DNA of 64,000 bases. Source: Mobula hypostoma. Lineage: Eukaryota. Of the stretch, positions 62,620-64,000 are shown one piece after another; position 1 is the first letter of the stretch; each line of letters begins with the position of its first letter. The notes beneath the pieces are model-generated. The model was not told the DNA's origin. It was given only the letters and a program-made list of their open reading frames with translations, and did no database searches. A program made the translations under genes and the position numbers. The stretch spans positions 39,992,001 to 40,056,000 of the forward strand of contig NC_086097.1 of NCBI RefSeq assembly GCF_963921235.1, read 5' to 3'.

Positions 62620-63838
62620 TTATAAGAACATAAGACCATAAAACACAGAAGCAGAATTAGGCCACTCGGCCCATTGAATCTGCTCCACCATTCCATTGTG
62701 GCTGTACCTTTGTACCTTTCAATCCCGTACTCCTTCCTTCTCCCTGTAACCTTTGACACCCTGACTAATCAAGGGCCTATCAACCCCTGCTTTAAATGTA
62801 CCTAATGACTTGGCCTCCACAGCCATTTCTGGCAATGAATTCCACAGGTTCACTACCCTCTGGCTAAAGAAATTCCTTCTCATCTCTGTTCTAAATGGAC
62901 GTCCCTTTATTCTGAGACTGTGCCCTCTGGTTCTAGACTTACCCACTATAAGAAACATTCCTTTTCCATCCACTCTCTCTATAGACCTTTCAATATTTGA
63001 TAGGTTTCAATAAGATTTCCCCCCCCCCCCTGCCATTTTTCTAAACCCCTGCAAGCACAGGGGACAGAGGATTCAAACACACCTCATTCATTAACTCTTT
63101 CAATCTTAGAATCATTCTTGTAAACCTCCTCTGGACCCTCTTCAATGCCAGGACATCTCTTCTTAGATAAGAGGCCCAAAATTGCTCACAATACTGTAAG
63201 TGTGGTCTGACTGATACCTTATTAAGCCTCAGCATTACATTCTTGTTCTTATATTCTAGTCCTCTCAAAATGAATGCTAACATTGCATTTGCCTTGCTTA
63301 CCACCAATTCAACCTGCAAGTTAACTTATAGGGAATACCGCACAAGAATTCCCAAGTCTGTTTTCACCTCTGATCTCGAATGTCCTCCCCATTTAGAATA
63401 TAGTCTACACCTTTCTTCCTTCTGAGTGACCATGCACTTCACTACACTACATTCTAACTGCCACTTTGTGCATTTTCACAATCTGCAGATTCCCTGCATC
63501 CTCAGCACTACCTGCCCCTCCATCCATCTTCATTTTGTAAGTAAACTTGACCACAAAGCCATCAATTCTGTCATCCAAATCATTGATATATAGCTGTGAA
63601 AAGAAGCAGTTCCAACAGTGATCCCTGTGGAACACAACTTCTCACCGGTATCCAACCAGAAAAGGCTCCCTTTTATTCCCGCTCTTCCTGCTAGTCAGCC
63701 AATCTCCTATCTATGCTTGTATCTTTCCTGTAATACCATGGGCTCTTATCTTGTTAAGCAGCCTCATGCGTGACACATTGTCAAAGGTCTTCTGAAAGTC
63801 AAAGTAAACAAAATTCACTGACTCTCCTTCATCTATCC
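62620..63838 (-). mobile_element. CR1 RT/3' fragment
   Basis: GKSRTRGHSLRIKGRPFRTEMRRNFFSQRVVNLWNSLP; KANAMLAFILRGLEYK; VYFDFQKTFDNV. Confidence 0.9.
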
Positions 63839-64000
63839 TATAGAACCATAGAACCATAGAAACTACAGCACAGAAACAGGCCCTTTGGCCCTTCTTGGCT
63901 GTGCCGAACCACTTTCTGCCTGGTTCCACTGACCTGCACACGGACCATATCCCTCCATACACCTCCCATCCATGTATCTGTCCAATTTATTCTTAAATGT
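63839..64000 (-). mobile_element. Young CR1 3' end nested in CR1 (continues beyond the window)
   Basis: TAGAACCA-repeat tail interrupts the host at RIDEGES. Confidence 0.8.

Noticed and set aside
1..64000. CRISPR array, operon or prokaryotic defence system
   Set aside because: No regularly spaced repeats, no gene-dense structure; the content is vertebrate-type TE debris.

Overview
This is a eukaryotic, AT-rich, repeat-dominated window with no protein-coding gene I can recognise. The repeat set (many CR1 LINEs, Rex1/Babar, RTE, fish-type L1, Penelope-like elements, V-SINEs, Tc1, Gypsy) suggests a fish genome, most likely cartilaginous (ray or shark); this is inference only. The ORFs that can be assigned are fragments of decayed transposon proteins, and the rest look like chance frames. 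Notable structure: (i) a dispersed set of Penelope-derived terminal repeats carrying minimal type-I hammerhead ribozyme cores, some as TSD-flanked palindromic mini-elements; (ii) an RTE insertion with a 12-bp TSD and a twin-priming-type 5' inversion with a 57-bp inverted overlap; (iii) a non-autonomous Tc1 family whose end is a 60-bp TIR-TIR hairpin; (iv) nested insertions up to three layers deep; (v) local templated duplications and a micro-inversion; (vi) candidate minus-strand splice signals, including a 9-nt microexon, in unique sequence, which may mean the window lies in a large intron. Repeat boundaries were read by eye and are approximate unless a TSD is quoted.
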